In this document: piece by piece, positions 17,991 through 29,300 of the stretch
How positions within the stretch are numbered: position 1 is the first letter of the stretch
Layout: each line of letters opens with the position of its first letter
From: an uncultured Aquimarina sp.
GTDB lineage: Bacteria > Bacteroidota > Bacteroidia > Flavobacteriales > Flavobacteriaceae
Direction of reading: 5' to 3'
Assembly: GCA_947498785.1 (NCBI GenBank)
Contig: CANMLS010000005.1
Coordinates: 150,951-214,950 of the forward strand
Length of the DNA stretch: 64,000 nucleotides
The notes under the pieces: generated by a model
Databases searched by the model: none
What the model was told of the DNA's origin: nothing
What the model saw: the letters and a program-made list of their open reading frames with translations, nothing else
Position numbers and translations under genes: made by a program

Positions 17991-20900
17991 GTGGTTTTAG
18001 AAGGAGAACATATGCCGATTTCTGAACAAATGTTATATAAGAATAGTAATTATCTTATAACATGGCTTCAGGAACGTATTTCAGAAGAATTAAAACTAAC
18101 TCCTTCACAAATTCAGATACACAAACCTTTTGCAGAATTAGGAATGACTTCTTTACAAGGTATTCGATTATCGGGGTTATTGTCTGAATATTTAGATCGA
18201 GATATTTCTCCAACATTAATATATAGTTATTCAACTATAACTGATTTGGTAACCTATTTGTTAGAGGAAGAAAAAAGTGTTCTTGAGACTCATGAACAAA
18301 AAGATTTCTTAAAAAATGAGCCCATAGCTATTATAAGTATGGCATGTCGGTTCCCAGGAGCAGAGAATGTTCAAGAATTTTGGGAAAATCTAATATCTGC
18401 AAAAGATGCAATTAAAGAAGTTCCTAATGATAGATGGGATATAGACGAATTGCATGGAGATATTTTGGATGGACATAACATGAATACTCGTTGGGGAGGG
18501 TTTATAAACGATGTATCAGAATTCGATGCAGATTTTTTTGATATCACTCCGCAAGAGGCCAAAAAAATGGATCCTCAACAGCGTATACTATTAGAGTTAA
18601 GTTATCATTTATTAGAAAATTCTCGTAATGATTTAGAATCATTTAAAGGAACAAATACAGGTGTTTTTATTGGGATAAGCCAGAATAGCTATAATGATTT
18701 GATTAAAAGCAGCAAACAAGATAAGAATGTGTATTCGGGTTTAGGAAGTGCTTTAAGTATTGCCGCTAATCGGTTGTCTTATTATTATAATTTTAGTGGA
18801 CCCAGTATGGCTATAGATACAGCGTGTTCTTCTTCGTTGGTAGCTGTTGATACAGCAGTAGAAAAATTACGTAAAGGTAAGTGCGATATGGCAATTGCTG
18901 GAGGTGTTAACTTAATCATATCTCCAGAAATAACAATTGCTCTATCCCAAGCTGGAATGATGTCTACAGATGGTAGATGTAAAACATTTGATAGTAGTGC
19001 TAATGGATATGTTCGTAGTGAAGGTTGTGGATTAGTATTGTTAACTACTTTATCTAAAGCACAAAAAGGAGGTCACAATATATTGGGAGTAATAAAAGGT
19101 AGTGCTGTTAATCAAGATGGACATAGTAATGGATTATCAGCTCCCAATGGTTTGGCTCAGGAATCAGTCATGAAAAAAGCACTACAAGATGCTCAAGTCA
19201 CTCCAGAAACTATAAGCTACATAGAAACTCATGGTACAGGAACCTCACTTGGTGACCCTATAGAAGTAAGTTCAATAAACAAAGTTTATAATGTAAATCG
19301 TTCTAAAAAAGATCCGCTATACCTCGGAGCAGTTAAAGCCAATATAGGACATCTGGAATCTGCTTCAGGAATTGCGGGACTTATTAAAGCCGTATTTTGT
19401 TTACAGTATAAAAAAATTCCTGCCCAACTTCATTATAACAATCCCAACCCACATATTAACTGGGAAAATATGCCTGTAGCCATTTCCAGTAAAACTATGG
19501 AATGGAATGCTATTGAGGAAAATATGGTAAAAAGAGCAGGTGTTAGTTCTTTTGGTTTTGGAGGTACCAATGCCCACTTAATTCTTGAAGAAGCACCAGA
19601 AGTAACTAAAAAAGAATTAGAAGAAAGTAATTTATCACGAACGTTTCACTTAATTACAATATCAGCAAAAAAAGAAACAGCATTAGATCATCAGGTTGAT
19701 CGAATTCTTAAATATGTTGAAGAAAATCCTAAAATATCGTTAAGTGATTTAGCGTATAGTTTAGCCGTTACCAGAACACATTATAAAAATCGCTTGGGAA
19801 TTATCTGTAAAAACATAGATGATGTTAAAAACAAACTCAATTCGGAAAAACTAGTCATAAAGGATAATATTAAAAATAAAATAAAATTTAAAATAGCCTT
19901 TTTATTTACTGGTCAAGGTTCTCAATATATTAATATGGGTAAATCCTTATATTTTAATGAACCAGTCTTTAAAGAAGCTCTTGATCAATGTTCCTTCCTT
20001 TTAACCTCTTATCTAGAAGAAGATATATTAGAAATTTTGTTCTCTGAAGAGAGAAGTTCAAAAGCTGAATTATTAGATCAGACAGCATATACACAACCAG
20101 CGCTATTCTCATTAGGGTATGCATTATATAAATTATGGCAAAATTGGGGAGTACAGCCAGATGTAATATTGGGCCATAGTATTGGAGAAATTACAGCAGC
20201 TTGCATCGCAGGAGTTTTTACATTGGAAGAGGCTATTAAGTTAGTAGCGTCTAGAGGAAAACTAATGCAGGAACTTAAAGAAAAGGGTATGATGGTTTCT
20301 GTAAGATGTGATAAAGATGTGATTTCGAAATTTATTCATAAGTATGAAGGTAGGATATCCATAGCAGCAATTAATACTCCAAATCAAACAGTAATATCAG
20401 GATGTTCAAAGGCAATAAAAGAATTGCAGGAAGAACTGACTACAGAAGAAATAAAATACAAACAACTTAAGGTTTCAAATGCATTCCATTCACCCCTTAT
20501 GAAACCTATGCTATCATCATTTCTTGCCATTGTAAATACTATTGAATTTCAATCACCTACATATAAAATAATAAGTACTGTATCAGGAAAAGTGGCGGGA
20601 AAAGAAATCAGTACACCAGAGTATTGGGTTGATCATATAAGTGCCCCTGTTGATTTCTTACAGGCAATGACTTTTTTAAACAAAGAAGAAGAAGCAACCA
20701 TATTCATAGAATTGGGCCCGCACCCTGTATTGATACCCATGGGAATTCATTGTATAGAAGATAGTAATAGAATCCATTGGTTACCTTCTCTCAAAAAAGA
20801 AAAAAATGAAGAACAACAAATGATAGAAAGTTTAGGAAGATTGTATAACGCAGGTGGTCAGCTGAATTGGAACGGGTTTTATGCAAACAGAAATGTGAAT

Positions 20901-23900
20901 AAGGTTGATTGTCCAACATATGCTTTTCAACGAAAACGATTCTGGTGTGAAAAAGAAGGTAGTGAGTATACACAGAATAAAAGCGATAACAAATTAATTA
21001 ATCAAGAAAATCAAAATTCTATGTCTATAGTATTTAAAGATATTGAAAATCGATTGCGAACAATGATTTCACAGACTTTACAAATAGATTCAAATGAGAT
21101 TTCTTTAAATGCTTCATTACTTGAGCTTGGTGCAGATTCTTTAGTTTTAATAGAATTTATAAATAAGGTACAAAAGGAATATAGAGTACCTATATCGATA
21201 CGTAATTTGTTTGAAGAATTAAATAATCTGGAAGCGTTAATTGATTATATCATAACGAATACAAAGACTAAAGAAAAGAATATTTTAAAAGTTGGTAGTG
21301 ATAAAAAAAGGGACACTTATTCTAAAGAAAACGAGATTAGCTCAAATAATTTCTATAGTTTAAATGAACCTTCCTTGGATGTCCTACATATTTTGAGGAG
21401 TCAGTTTGAAGAACAAAATAAAATACTATCAGAATATCTCAATCTTTCGGATACATCCTCTTTGAAAAGAAAAGATATTGATGAAATATATAGAGTTTCA
21501 GCAACACAATCAAATACTGCTAATGATGTAAAATTGGGAAGTTCAAAACCAAAAGGAGTTTTACCATTCTTTGCACAGGAAGCAGTATACTTCAGTAAGT
21601 TTCCAGATAATCAAAAAGAAAGTTTACCTGAGTTAATTAATAATTATGTTAATAAAACGGAAAATTCAAAGGCTTATGCATCATACTATCAGAATGTGTT
21701 AGCGGATTCTGGATCAGCTTTTAGGTTTAATATTGCAACCAAAGAGATGATTTATCCGATTATAAGTAAGAAGGCATCTGGTTCCAAATTCATAGATATT
21801 GATGGTAACGAATATATTGATATCATTATGGGATTTGGTTCCTGCATATTTGGACACCAACCAGATTTTATTAATAAAGCATTTCATGATCAATTAGATA
21901 AAGGAATTAACATAGGACCGTTTTCTAACCTGTCTGGAGAAGTAGCAACACTTGTTTCAGAATTAACAGGAATGGAGAGAGTATGCTTTGCTAATACAGG
22001 AAGTGAAGCAGTTTCATTCGCATTGCGATTGGCTAGATCCGTTACGAGGAAAAGAAAGATAGTTATTTTCTCAGGATCATATCATGGGCATGCGGATATT
22101 GTGTTAGGTGTATCTGGAGCCATAGATGGAGAAACTGATCCTATGGTTGAAGGAATAACCAAAAACGCAGTTCAGGATTTGATCGTTTTAAATTATTCTG
22201 ATGATAACATCGTCGAAGAAATTAGAAAATATGCAGATGATATTGCCGGTGTTCTTGTTGAACCAGTAAGAAGTAGATATCCTGATTTTCAACCAAAAGA
22301 AATATTGCATGAATTAAGAGTGGTGACAAAAGAGTTGGACATACCACTAATTTTTGATGAGATGATTACTGGTTTTAGAATTATGCCAGGAGGAGCACAG
22401 GAGTATTTTGGAATTAAAGCAGATATCGCTACTTATGGTAAAATAGTAGGAGGAGGAATGCCTATTGGTATTGTTGCTGGGACTAGAAAATATTTAGATG
22501 CAGTAGATGGGGGGAGTTGGAAATTTGGAGATGATTCTTATCCTAGAGTGAGTAGAACTTTTGTTGCAGGAACTTTTACGAGGCATCCATTAACGATGGC
22601 GGCTTCTAGAGCAGTACTTACAAGAATAAAAGAGATAGGTGCAAAAGCTTATTTAGATTTGAACAAAAAAACAGAAGAATTGGTAAACCGTTTAAATGAT
22701 TATTTTAAACAAGAAACATTACCAATTAAGATGGTTCGTTTTGGTTCTTTGTTTGCTATCAAAAATACAGGAGTGGCAGACGTTTTGGTTTTTTATCTTC
22801 TACAAAAAGGAATCTACGCTTTATCCTCGAATAATTTGTTTTTAACATTTGCTCACTCTAAAGAAGATATAGAAAAAATTTATGAAGCAATATGTAAAAG
22901 CGCTCAAAAAGCATATAATGGAAGTGAAAGTATAGATTCGAAAGTGACCTCACAAAGGGGGAGCAAAAACCAAAAAACATCCAAAATAGATTTGACTCTG
23001 GCTCAAAAACAATTATTTCTACTAGATCAAATTGACTCCAAACGATCTTTAGGATATATTCAGTGTTTCAGCTTAAAAATGATAGGGGAATTAGATTTGA
23101 AAATATTAAATGAAGCTGTAAATCATTTATTAGAAGAACATCCAATTCTGAGAAGTAGGATTTCTAAAAATGGAGAATCTTTAATATTTGATGAATCAAT
23201 ATTTTTAGAAATAGAGAAAATTGATTTATCTCAATATAACAGTAATAATAAAGAGAATTATCGATTATTTATAAATGAAAATTTAAAGACCTCTTTCTCT
23301 TTGAATAAAGGTCCTCTAATTCGACTTCAGTACATACAATTTTCTGAAAAGGAGCACATTTTGATAGTTACTATCAATCATATTATTTCAGATGGATGGT
23401 CCTGTACAGTGTTTGCCAAAGAATTAATAGAAAATTATAAGAAATTGTATTCAGGTGAAAAATTGAATTATTCGCCAAAAATACAATTCTCTTCATATGT
23501 TGATTGGTTAAGTCAATATAGAAAAAGTGAAAAATGGGAAAGTCATGAATCCTATTTTTTAGATAATTTTAGTAACAAGGATTTTGGATTATCCTTACCA
23601 TCAGATACCACCTATGGTAATAAAGGAGAAATTAGCTCTGTTTTTTTTAGAATTGAAAAAAGCGAGGTAAAAACGTTTAAAAAGTGGAGTATAGAAAATG
23701 GATTAACTCTATTTATGACATTTTTGTGCTCGTTTGAGTTATTGCTTTTCAGGTTATGTAGACAGCAAGAGATTGTTTTAGGAATATCAGTAGGAGGTCG
23801 TTCTATGCCTGATATGGATAGAACAATAGGTTATTTTGCACACATCATTCCATTATTCTCAAGATATAGAGAAGAAAAGAAAATAACAAATTATCTACAG

Positions 23901-26138
23901 GAATTTAAAGATAGAGTGATTGATGCTTTTGAACATCAAGATTATCCTTATGCAGATTTTATCACACTAATGCAAAGAGAGAAAGGAAGAGCATACCAAG
24001 GAATACAGGCAGAATTTAACTTTGATGTTGCTATTGGAGATATAGAAATGGAAGGGTTAGAATTGACTTTTGAAGAACATAAACCTTTTTATCGCGATTT
24101 TGATTTAACCTTAAATGCCAGAGAGCAAAATGGGGATATAGTGTTAAGTCTGGATTATCAGAAATCTTTGTGGAGTAATCATTTGGCAAATGAGGCTTTA
24201 GATTGTTTTAAACACATACTGTATCAGCTAATACAAAACAGAGAAATAAGGTTACTTGATATAGACTTATTGTCACAAAGCAAAAAAGACCAGATTTTAT
24301 ACGAATTTAATGATACCAAAACAGATTATCCGTTAGATAAAACATTGGTTGATTTACTAAAAGAAAAGGCAAAACAAATTCCAGATAAAATAGCAATTGT
24401 ATTTGAGGAAACAACTCTTACATACAAGGAGTTGGATGAAAAATCAAACCAGCTAGCTCATTATTTAAGAGAAAGAGGAATAAGAGAAGACGTTTTGATT
24501 CCAATTTGCTTAGAACGTTCTATAGAAATGGTTATTGCCATATTAGGGGTCTTTAAATCTGGAGGAGCTTATGTTCCTATGAAACCAGATTATCCCGAAT
24601 CTCGGATACATTATATTTTAAAAGAAATCCAAGCAACAATCATACTTACAGATAAGAGTACTAGTTTGATTGTTTCTAAAAGTGATGAGGTAGAAGTTTT
24701 CAGAATAGATAATGAAGAAGCTCTATTGGAACGCTATCCGATTACATCATTAAACATAACAATTTCGCCGAGTTCATTATCGTACGTAATCTATACTTCA
24801 GGCAGTACAGGGAAGCCTAAAGGGGCAATGATTGAACATCGAGGGATGCTAAATCATCTGCTCGCAAAAATAGATGGTTTAGGGGTTACTTCAGATAGTA
24901 TAGTGGCTTTTACAGCTCCATTTACATTTGATATATCGGTATGGCAGATGTTCAGCGCTTTGCTAATGGGTGGAAATATAGTGATTTATAAAGAAGAAAT
25001 GATCTATGAGCCTACCTCGTTATTAACTTCTATAAAAGAAAATAATGTAAACATACTTCAACTGGTCCCTTCGTATGTTTCTGAAATATTGAATATAGAT
25101 TCAGAAAATGTACTTAATCAACTCAATTATTTTATTGTAACTGGAGAGGCTGTTTCACCAGCACTACTATCTGATTGGTTTAATAAATATCCCAAAGTCC
25201 CTGTGGCAAATGCTTATGGACCTACCGAAGCTTCAGATGATGTGAGTACTCATTATATGAATCAGACTCCAGATGTAGTTAATGTTTCTATTGGTAAACC
25301 TATGTCTAATCTACAATTGTATGTAGTTGACTCATCGTCAAACTTATGCCCTGTTGGAGTTCAAGGAGAATTGTGGGTTTCTGGTATAGGGGTAGGAAGG
25401 GGATACCTTAATGATGAAGAAAAAACCAAGAAAAGTTTTATAGACAATCCATTTGTAGAAGGAGAACGAATTTATAAAACGGGAGACCTGGCGCGATGGT
25501 TACCAGATGGCAGTTTAGAATATTTGGGAAGGATTGACAATCAGGTGAAAGTTAGAGGTCATAGAATTGAATTAGGAGAAATCGAAAATTTATTATCAAA
25601 ATCAAGAGCAGTAAAGAGTTGTTGTGTTCTAGCCAAGAAGGATCATAGAGGAAGTAATCGTTTGATTGGTTATGTGGTTTCTGAAGAAGAATTTGACAAG
25701 TACAACTTACAAAACTATCTAAAATCAAAACTACCAGAGTATATGGTGCCAGGATTGTGGATAAATCTGGATGTAATGCCATTAACAGCCAATGGAAAAA
25801 TTGATAGAAAAGCTCTTCCAAATCCCGATGAATCAGAGTTTTCGGCACAAGAATATACAGCTCCTACAAATGAAACCGAATCTCAATTGGTTATGATCTG
25901 GCAGAATTTATTGGGAATTGATAAAATAGGAATTCACGACGACTTTTTTGAATTGGGGGGACACTCATTATTAGCAACACGATTAGTATCAGAACTTCGA
26001 AAATCAATGAAAGTTGAACTGACCATAAAAGACATTTTCGAGTTTGCTACAATAGAACAATTAGCACTTTGTCTACAGTATGTTATAGATGAACAGAAAA
26101 AGGATAAAAAAGAATATAAACTAACTATTGAACTGTAA
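16230..26138 (+). CDS. Hybrid loading/PKS/NRPS megasynthase: FAAL-ACP-KS-AT-ACP-aminotransferase-C-A-T (3302 aa)
   Basis: Uninterrupted 9.9 kb ORF. Core motifs of every domain are listed in the domain entries below. Confidence 0.95.
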   Translation: MSLMKSSVPESIPIEKTLIEIFEAHLKRSPNKILYRFLANGDEESDSRTYQELYNRAQIIASHILEYVNQGDRVLLLFPSGLDFTDAFFGCLLAGVIAVPAFPPQGKRRIGRLEKIVSDCNASLVLTKEGIYEKTKTWFDSELDWLKTDIIGNHIERKLPVISSDTIAFLQYTSGSTGNPKGVIVDHSNIIHNSELFKKCFQTDAKSVGVSWLPIYHDMGLIGNVIQAFYVGFELIIMPPVAFVQKPVRWLKAFSKYRGTISCGPNFAYDLCTNQIRNEDLEGIDLSSWRVAINGSEPIRPDTFEKFALRFEKYGIQKKTLFPGYGLAEVTLTVSGCKFDGFPVTLELEKKSFKNKEIKVLTSSQSQNDTIRLMGNGPVIDGLIVKIVDPKTKKVCDKNQIGEVWISGASVAKGYWEKEETTKEIFHAFPKDTKGVENKEEGPFLRTGDMGFLYDGELYISGRLKEMIIFNGVNYYPQDLERTVQYSHSDLQNNAGVVFCTNIDEQEKLIVVQEIKRTSIRTYNRESLVQSICQSILEEHELPVYSIILISPGRVSKTSSGKIQRLATKLAYESDTLDGVIDSWKRGVVLEGEHMPISEQMLYKNSNYLITWLQERISEELKLTPSQIQIHKPFAELGMTSLQGIRLSGLLSEYLDRDISPTLIYSYSTITDLVTYLLEEEKSVLETHEQKDFLKNEPIAIISMACRFPGAENVQEFWENLISAKDAIKEVPNDRWDIDELHGDILDGHNMNTRWGGFINDVSEFDADFFDITPQEAKKMDPQQRILLELSYHLLENSRNDLESFKGTNTGVFIGISQNSYNDLIKSSKQDKNVYSGLGSALSIAANRLSYYYNFSGPSMAIDTACSSSLVAVDTAVEKLRKGKCDMAIAGGVNLIISPEITIALSQAGMMSTDGRCKTFDSSANGYVRSEGCGLVLLTTLSKAQKGGHNILGVIKGSAVNQDGHSNGLSAPNGLAQESVMKKALQDAQVTPETISYIETHGTGTSLGDPIEVSSINKVYNVNRSKKDPLYLGAVKANIGHLESASGIAGLIKAVFCLQYKKIPAQLHYNNPNPHINWENMPVAISSKTMEWNAIEENMVKRAGVSSFGFGGTNAHLILEEAPEVTKKELEESNLSRTFHLITISAKKETALDHQVDRILKYVEENPKISLSDLAYSLAVTRTHYKNRLGIICKNIDDVKNKLNSEKLVIKDNIKNKIKFKIAFLFTGQGSQYINMGKSLYFNEPVFKEALDQCSFLLTSYLEEDILEILFSEERSSKAELLDQTAYTQPALFSLGYALYKLWQNWGVQPDVILGHSIGEITAACIAGVFTLEEAIKLVASRGKLMQELKEKGMMVSVRCDKDVISKFIHKYEGRISIAAINTPNQTVISGCSKAIKELQEELTTEEIKYKQLKVSNAFHSPLMKPMLSSFLAIVNTIEFQSPTYKIISTVSGKVAGKEISTPEYWVDHISAPVDFLQAMTFLNKEEEATIFIELGPHPVLIPMGIHCIEDSNRIHWLPSLKKEKNEEQQMIESLGRLYNAGGQLNWNGFYANRNVNKVDCPTYAFQRKRFWCEKEGSEYTQNKSDNKLINQENQNSMSIVFKDIENRLRTMISQTLQIDSNEISLNASLLELGADSLVLIEFINKVQKEYRVPISIRNLFEELNNLEALIDYIITNTKTKEKNILKVGSDKKRDTYSKENEISSNNFYSLNEPSLDVLHILRSQFEEQNKILSEYLNLSDTSSLKRKDIDEIYRVSATQSNTANDVKLGSSKPKGVLPFFAQEAVYFSKFPDNQKESLPELINNYVNKTENSKAYASYYQNVLADSGSAFRFNIATKEMIYPIISKKASGSKFIDIDGNEYIDIIMGFGSCIFGHQPDFINKAFHDQLDKGINIGPFSNLSGEVATLVSELTGMERVCFANTGSEAVSFALRLARSVTRKRKIVIFSGSYHGHADIVLGVSGAIDGETDPMVEGITKNAVQDLIVLNYSDDNIVEEIRKYADDIAGVLVEPVRSRYPDFQPKEILHELRVVTKELDIPLIFDEMITGFRIMPGGAQEYFGIKADIATYGKIVGGGMPIGIVAGTRKYLDAVDGGSWKFGDDSYPRVSRTFVAGTFTRHPLTMAASRAVLTRIKEIGAKAYLDLNKKTEELVNRLNDYFKQETLPIKMVRFGSLFAIKNTGVADVLVFYLLQKGIYALSSNNLFLTFAHSKEDIEKIYEAICKSAQKAYNGSESIDSKVTSQRGSKNQKTSKIDLTLAQKQLFLLDQIDSKRSLGYIQCFSLKMIGELDLKILNEAVNHLLEEHPILRSRISKNGESLIFDESIFLEIEKIDLSQYNSNNKENYRLFINENLKTSFSLNKGPLIRLQYIQFSEKEHILIVTINHIISDGWSCTVFAKELIENYKKLYSGEKLNYSPKIQFSSYVDWLSQYRKSEKWESHESYFLDNFSNKDFGLSLPSDTTYGNKGEISSVFFRIEKSEVKTFKKWSIENGLTLFMTFLCSFELLLFRLCRQQEIVLGISVGGRSMPDMDRTIGYFAHIIPLFSRYREEKKITNYLQEFKDRVIDAFEHQDYPYADFITLMQREKGRAYQGIQAEFNFDVAIGDIEMEGLELTFEEHKPFYRDFDLTLNAREQNGDIVLSLDYQKSLWSNHLANEALDCFKHILYQLIQNREIRLLDIDLLSQSKKDQILYEFNDTKTDYPLDKTLVDLLKEKAKQIPDKIAIVFEETTLTYKELDEKSNQLAHYLRERGIREDVLIPICLERSIEMVIAILGVFKSGGAYVPMKPDYPESRIHYILKEIQATIILTDKSTSLIVSKSDEVEVFRIDNEEALLERYPITSLNITISPSSLSYVIYTSGSTGKPKGAMIEHRGMLNHLLAKIDGLGVTSDSIVAFTAPFTFDISVWQMFSALLMGGNIVIYKEEMIYEPTSLLTSIKENNVNILQLVPSYVSEILNIDSENVLNQLNYFIVTGEAVSPALLSDWFNKYPKVPVANAYGPTEASDDVSTHYMNQTPDVVNVSIGKPMSNLQLYVVDSSSNLCPVGVQGELWVSGIGVGRGYLNDEEKTKKSFIDNPFVEGERIYKTGDLARWLPDGSLEYLGRIDNQVKVRGHRIELGEIENLLSKSRAVKSCCVLAKKDHRGSNRLIGYVVSEEEFDKYNLQNYLKSKLPEYMVPGLWINLDVMPLTANGKIDRKALPNPDESEFSAQEYTAPTNETESQLVMIWQNLLGIDKIGIHDDFFELGGHSLLATRLVSELRKSMKVELTIKDIFEFATIEQLALCLQYVIDEQKKDKKEYKLTIEL
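18040..18270 (+). other. ACP 1 (phosphopantetheine Ser codon 18150-18152)
   Basis: FAELGMTSLQGIRL. Confidence 0.8.
18318..19600 (+). other. Ketosynthase (KS) domain, active-site Cys codon 18825-18827
   Basis: EPIAIISMACRFPG, DTACSSSL, ETHGTGTSLGDPIE, NIGHLESASG and GFGGTNAHLILEE. Confidence 0.9.
19890..20945 (+). other. Acyltransferase (AT) domain incl. linker, Ser codon 20178-20180, malonyl-type motif
   Basis: FLFTGQGSQY, GHSIGE, and VSNAFHS (HAFH-like, so malonyl-CoA is predicted). Confidence 0.8.
21030..21260 (+). other. ACP 2 (Ser codon 21138-21140)
   Basis: LLELGADSLVLIEF. Confidence 0.8.
21690..22920 (+). other. Embedded PLP aminotransferase (AmT) domain, glutamate-1-semialdehyde aminomutase-like; Lys codon 22440-22442
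   Basis: FIDIDGNEYIDIIMGFGSCIFGH, ANTGSEAVSFALRLAR, FSGSYHGH, FDEMITGFR and ATYGKIVGGGMP. This matches the position and type of the AMT domain in mycosubtilin MycA / iturin ItuA. Confidence 0.8.
22990..26080 (+). other. NRPS module 1: C (His motif NHIISDG at 23376-23396) - A (code DIWQITADDK, diamino-acid-like) - T (Ser codon 25965-25967)
   Basis: LTLAQKQLFLLDQ, NHIISDGWS, SYVIYTSGSTGKPKG, FTFDISVWQ, NAYGPTEASDD, GRIDNQVKVRG and FFELGGHSLLATRL. Confidence 0.8.
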
Positions 26139-26148
26139 TTGTAAGCAA

Positions 26149-26330
26149 ATGAAAAATAATGTTTTTGATATTTTAAAAAGAGCAAATAAAGAAGGAATAA
26201 GAATAGAATTGACGAATAATTCTTTGAGTATAAAATCAGAAAATGAAAAGATTGATTCTGAATTGCTTAAGGATATAAAATCATACAAAACATCAATTGT
26301 TGATCATTTAAAGAAATACAAAAATGAATT
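26149..26330 (+). other. TubC-type N-terminal docking domain
   Basis: VFDILKRANKEGIRIELTNNSLSIKSENEKIDSELLKDIKSYKTSIVDHLKKY fits the L..L...G..L...G..L.......L...I...K..I...L pattern. Confidence 0.6.
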
Positions 26331-29300
26331 TAAAACTCCTTCAATAATTTCATCAATTGGGGCCTATGATCGAGCGACTATAAACAAAATTCCACTATCA
26401 TTTAACCAGGAACGTTTATGGTTCATAGATAAATTACAAGAAGGAAGTGCAGAATATCATATGCCTTTGATATTAAAACTAAAAGGTAATATTAATGAGG
26501 CTGTACTAGATTCGGCGTTGCAAGAGATTATTTCTAGACATGAAATATTGCGTACTACAATATATACAGAAGAAGGTATAGGATATCAGTTAATAAAATC
26601 CATAGACCAATGGAGGTTAATATTTCAGACATATCATAAACATGTAGAGATAGAAGAAGCTATAGAGGCATTTGTGAAGACTCCATTTGATTTGTCCCAA
26701 GACTATATGGTTAGAGCTTGCCTATACAGGTTAAATCAAGAAGAGTGTTTTTTGGCTTTAGTGTTTCATCATATTGTAGCAGATGGATGGTCACATAGTA
26801 TTATTATTAAGGAATTTAACGAACTGTATAATGCACGTCTGAAGCAGAGATCACCAAAATTAGAACCATTACCTATTCAGTATGCAGATTATGGGATATG
26901 GCAGAAGAGTTATTTTGATGAGGTAGAATTAGAAAAGCAACTAATATACTGGAAAACTCAACTCAGAGAGGTGTCCAACCTGATATTACCTCTAGATTAT
27001 AAACGCCCATCTGTACAAAGTACAAAAGGAGCAAGTTATTCTTTTAAGTTAGATGATGAACTGTGTCAGGAAGTAATACAATTATCAGATCAGGAAGGGG
27101 TTACATTGTTTATGTTATTATTATCCGCTTTCAAAATAGTATTACACAGGTATAGTGGTCAGGATGATATCTGTATAGGAACTCCCATTGCTAATCGAAC
27201 AGTAGCAGAATTAGAAGGTTTAATTGGTTTTTTTGTTAACACATTGGCAATTAGAAGTGATTTTAGTGATGATCCGACATTCATCGATATATTAAAGAAA
27301 GTTAAGAAAACAATGCTTAATGCTTATGAATATCAAATGGTTCCATTCGAAAAAGTGGTAGATGCTGTTGTGGGTACACGGGATATGAGTATTAGCCCTT
27401 TGTTTCAGGTAATGTTTGCATTACAGGATACTCCAGAAGAAATCGTATTAGATGGAGTCGATATCTCTATTCATGAGTATAAGAACTCAACATCAAAGTT
27501 TGATTTTACAATGGTGGTTATAAATAACCAGTCCAGCCTTTCTCTCGAAGTAGAGTACTGCACTGATCTATTTAAAGAAAGTACAATTCACCAAATGATA
27601 GTACACTATCAGCAAATTTTAAAGAGTATTGTTAAAAACCCTAAAGAACGTATAGGATTATTACCAATGTTAACTACAACCGAAGAAGAGCAATTACTAG
27701 CTGCTTTCAATGCTACCCAAGTTACATATCCAAAAGATAAAACTATAGTAGATCTGTTTGTAGATCGGGTAAACAAACAACCTGAAAATATAGCAATTGT
27801 ATGTAATAATAGGCATATTACCTATAAAGAGCTAGATGAAGCGTCTAGTCGTTTGGCAAATTTTTTATGGTCAAATTATGATATAGCTAAAGAAGATTTA
27901 ATTGGAGTAAAACTAGAACGAAGCGAATGGTTAATCATAGCTTTTCTTGCAGTTTTAAAAACAGGAGCTGCTTATGTTCCTATAGATCCTAACTATCCAA
28001 AGGAAAGAATAGCATATATCGAAAGCGACAGTAACTGTAGTGGTATTATTGATGACAATTTACTCCAGAAATTCATACAAAATGAAGAATCATATCATAC
28101 CGAATTACCTCAAATCGATATAGAAACTAACAACTTGGCCTATGTTATATATACATCTGGTTCTACAGGCAAACCAAAAGGGGTATTGATAGAACATAGG
28201 GGTATTATAAATACAATATTATCTCAAATAAATGATTTTTTTATTAAAAAAACAGATCATTGTTTACAATTTTCGAACCAATCATTCGATGCCTCTATTT
28301 GGGAAATATTGATATCATTATTAGGAGGAGCAAAGCTTTTTATAATAGATGAAAATGTAAAATCTGATACTAATCAGTTTGTAGAATACATTCAGGATAA
28401 TAAGATAACTTTTGCTACGCTACCTCCCGCATTTTTAAAACTAATCGATTGTGAACAGATACAATGTATTAATACATTAATTACCGCAGGAGAAGAAGCT
28501 CCATTAGAGCAGGTAAAAAAAATCTCAAAGTCTGGAACATACATTAATGCTTACGGTCCTACAGAAACAAGTATATGCGCAACTACTTATAGAGGAAATA
28601 TTACTTCTTCTGTCCCAATAGGAAAACCAATCTCTAATACAGAAACATACATTTTGGATAAAAATCAACAATTGTTGCCTATTGGATGTGTTGGAGAATT
28701 ATGCATTTCGGGCAATGGTTTGGCAAGAGGATACTTAAATCAAGAGGCATTAACCAATGAAAAATTTATACCTAATCCATTTTTTGCCCGAGATAGGATA
28801 TACAGAACCGGGGATTTAGCAAAATGGTTACCTGATGGTAATATTGAATTCATAGGAAGAGCAGATAATCAGGTTAAGATTAGAGGGTATCGAATAGAAT
28901 TAGGAGAGATTGAAGGTGTATTGCATGAAATACCAGAAATAGACCAATCTGTTGTTTTGGCAAAAGAAGATGTAAGCGGCAATAAACGTCTGGTTGGTTA
29001 TGTGGTTACCAAAAAAGTGTTTAATAAAGAATTAATAGAGGAACAATTAAAATCAAAATTGCCAGAGTATATGGTGCCAAGATTATGGATATCATTAGAT
29101 ACAATACCAATAACTTCAAATGGTAAAGTTGATAAGAAGAATCTTCCAGATCCTGATATGTCCAATTATGCAACTGCTGCATATGTTGCACCAAGAAACG
29201 AAACAGAAGAACAATTGGTTACTATTTGGGAGGCATTGCTGAATACTAATACTATAGGGATACATGATGATTTTTTTGAGTTGGGAGGGCACTCTTTGTT

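Noticed and set aside
26128-26148. TTG start at 26128 for the second NRPS gene, overlapping the upstream gene by 11 nt
   Set aside because: An in-frame ATG at 26149 gives MKNNVFDIL..., which aligns with the N-terminus of the next subunit (MSKKILDLL...). It also reproduces the same 10-nt intergenic spacing seen at the 32613/32624 junction.
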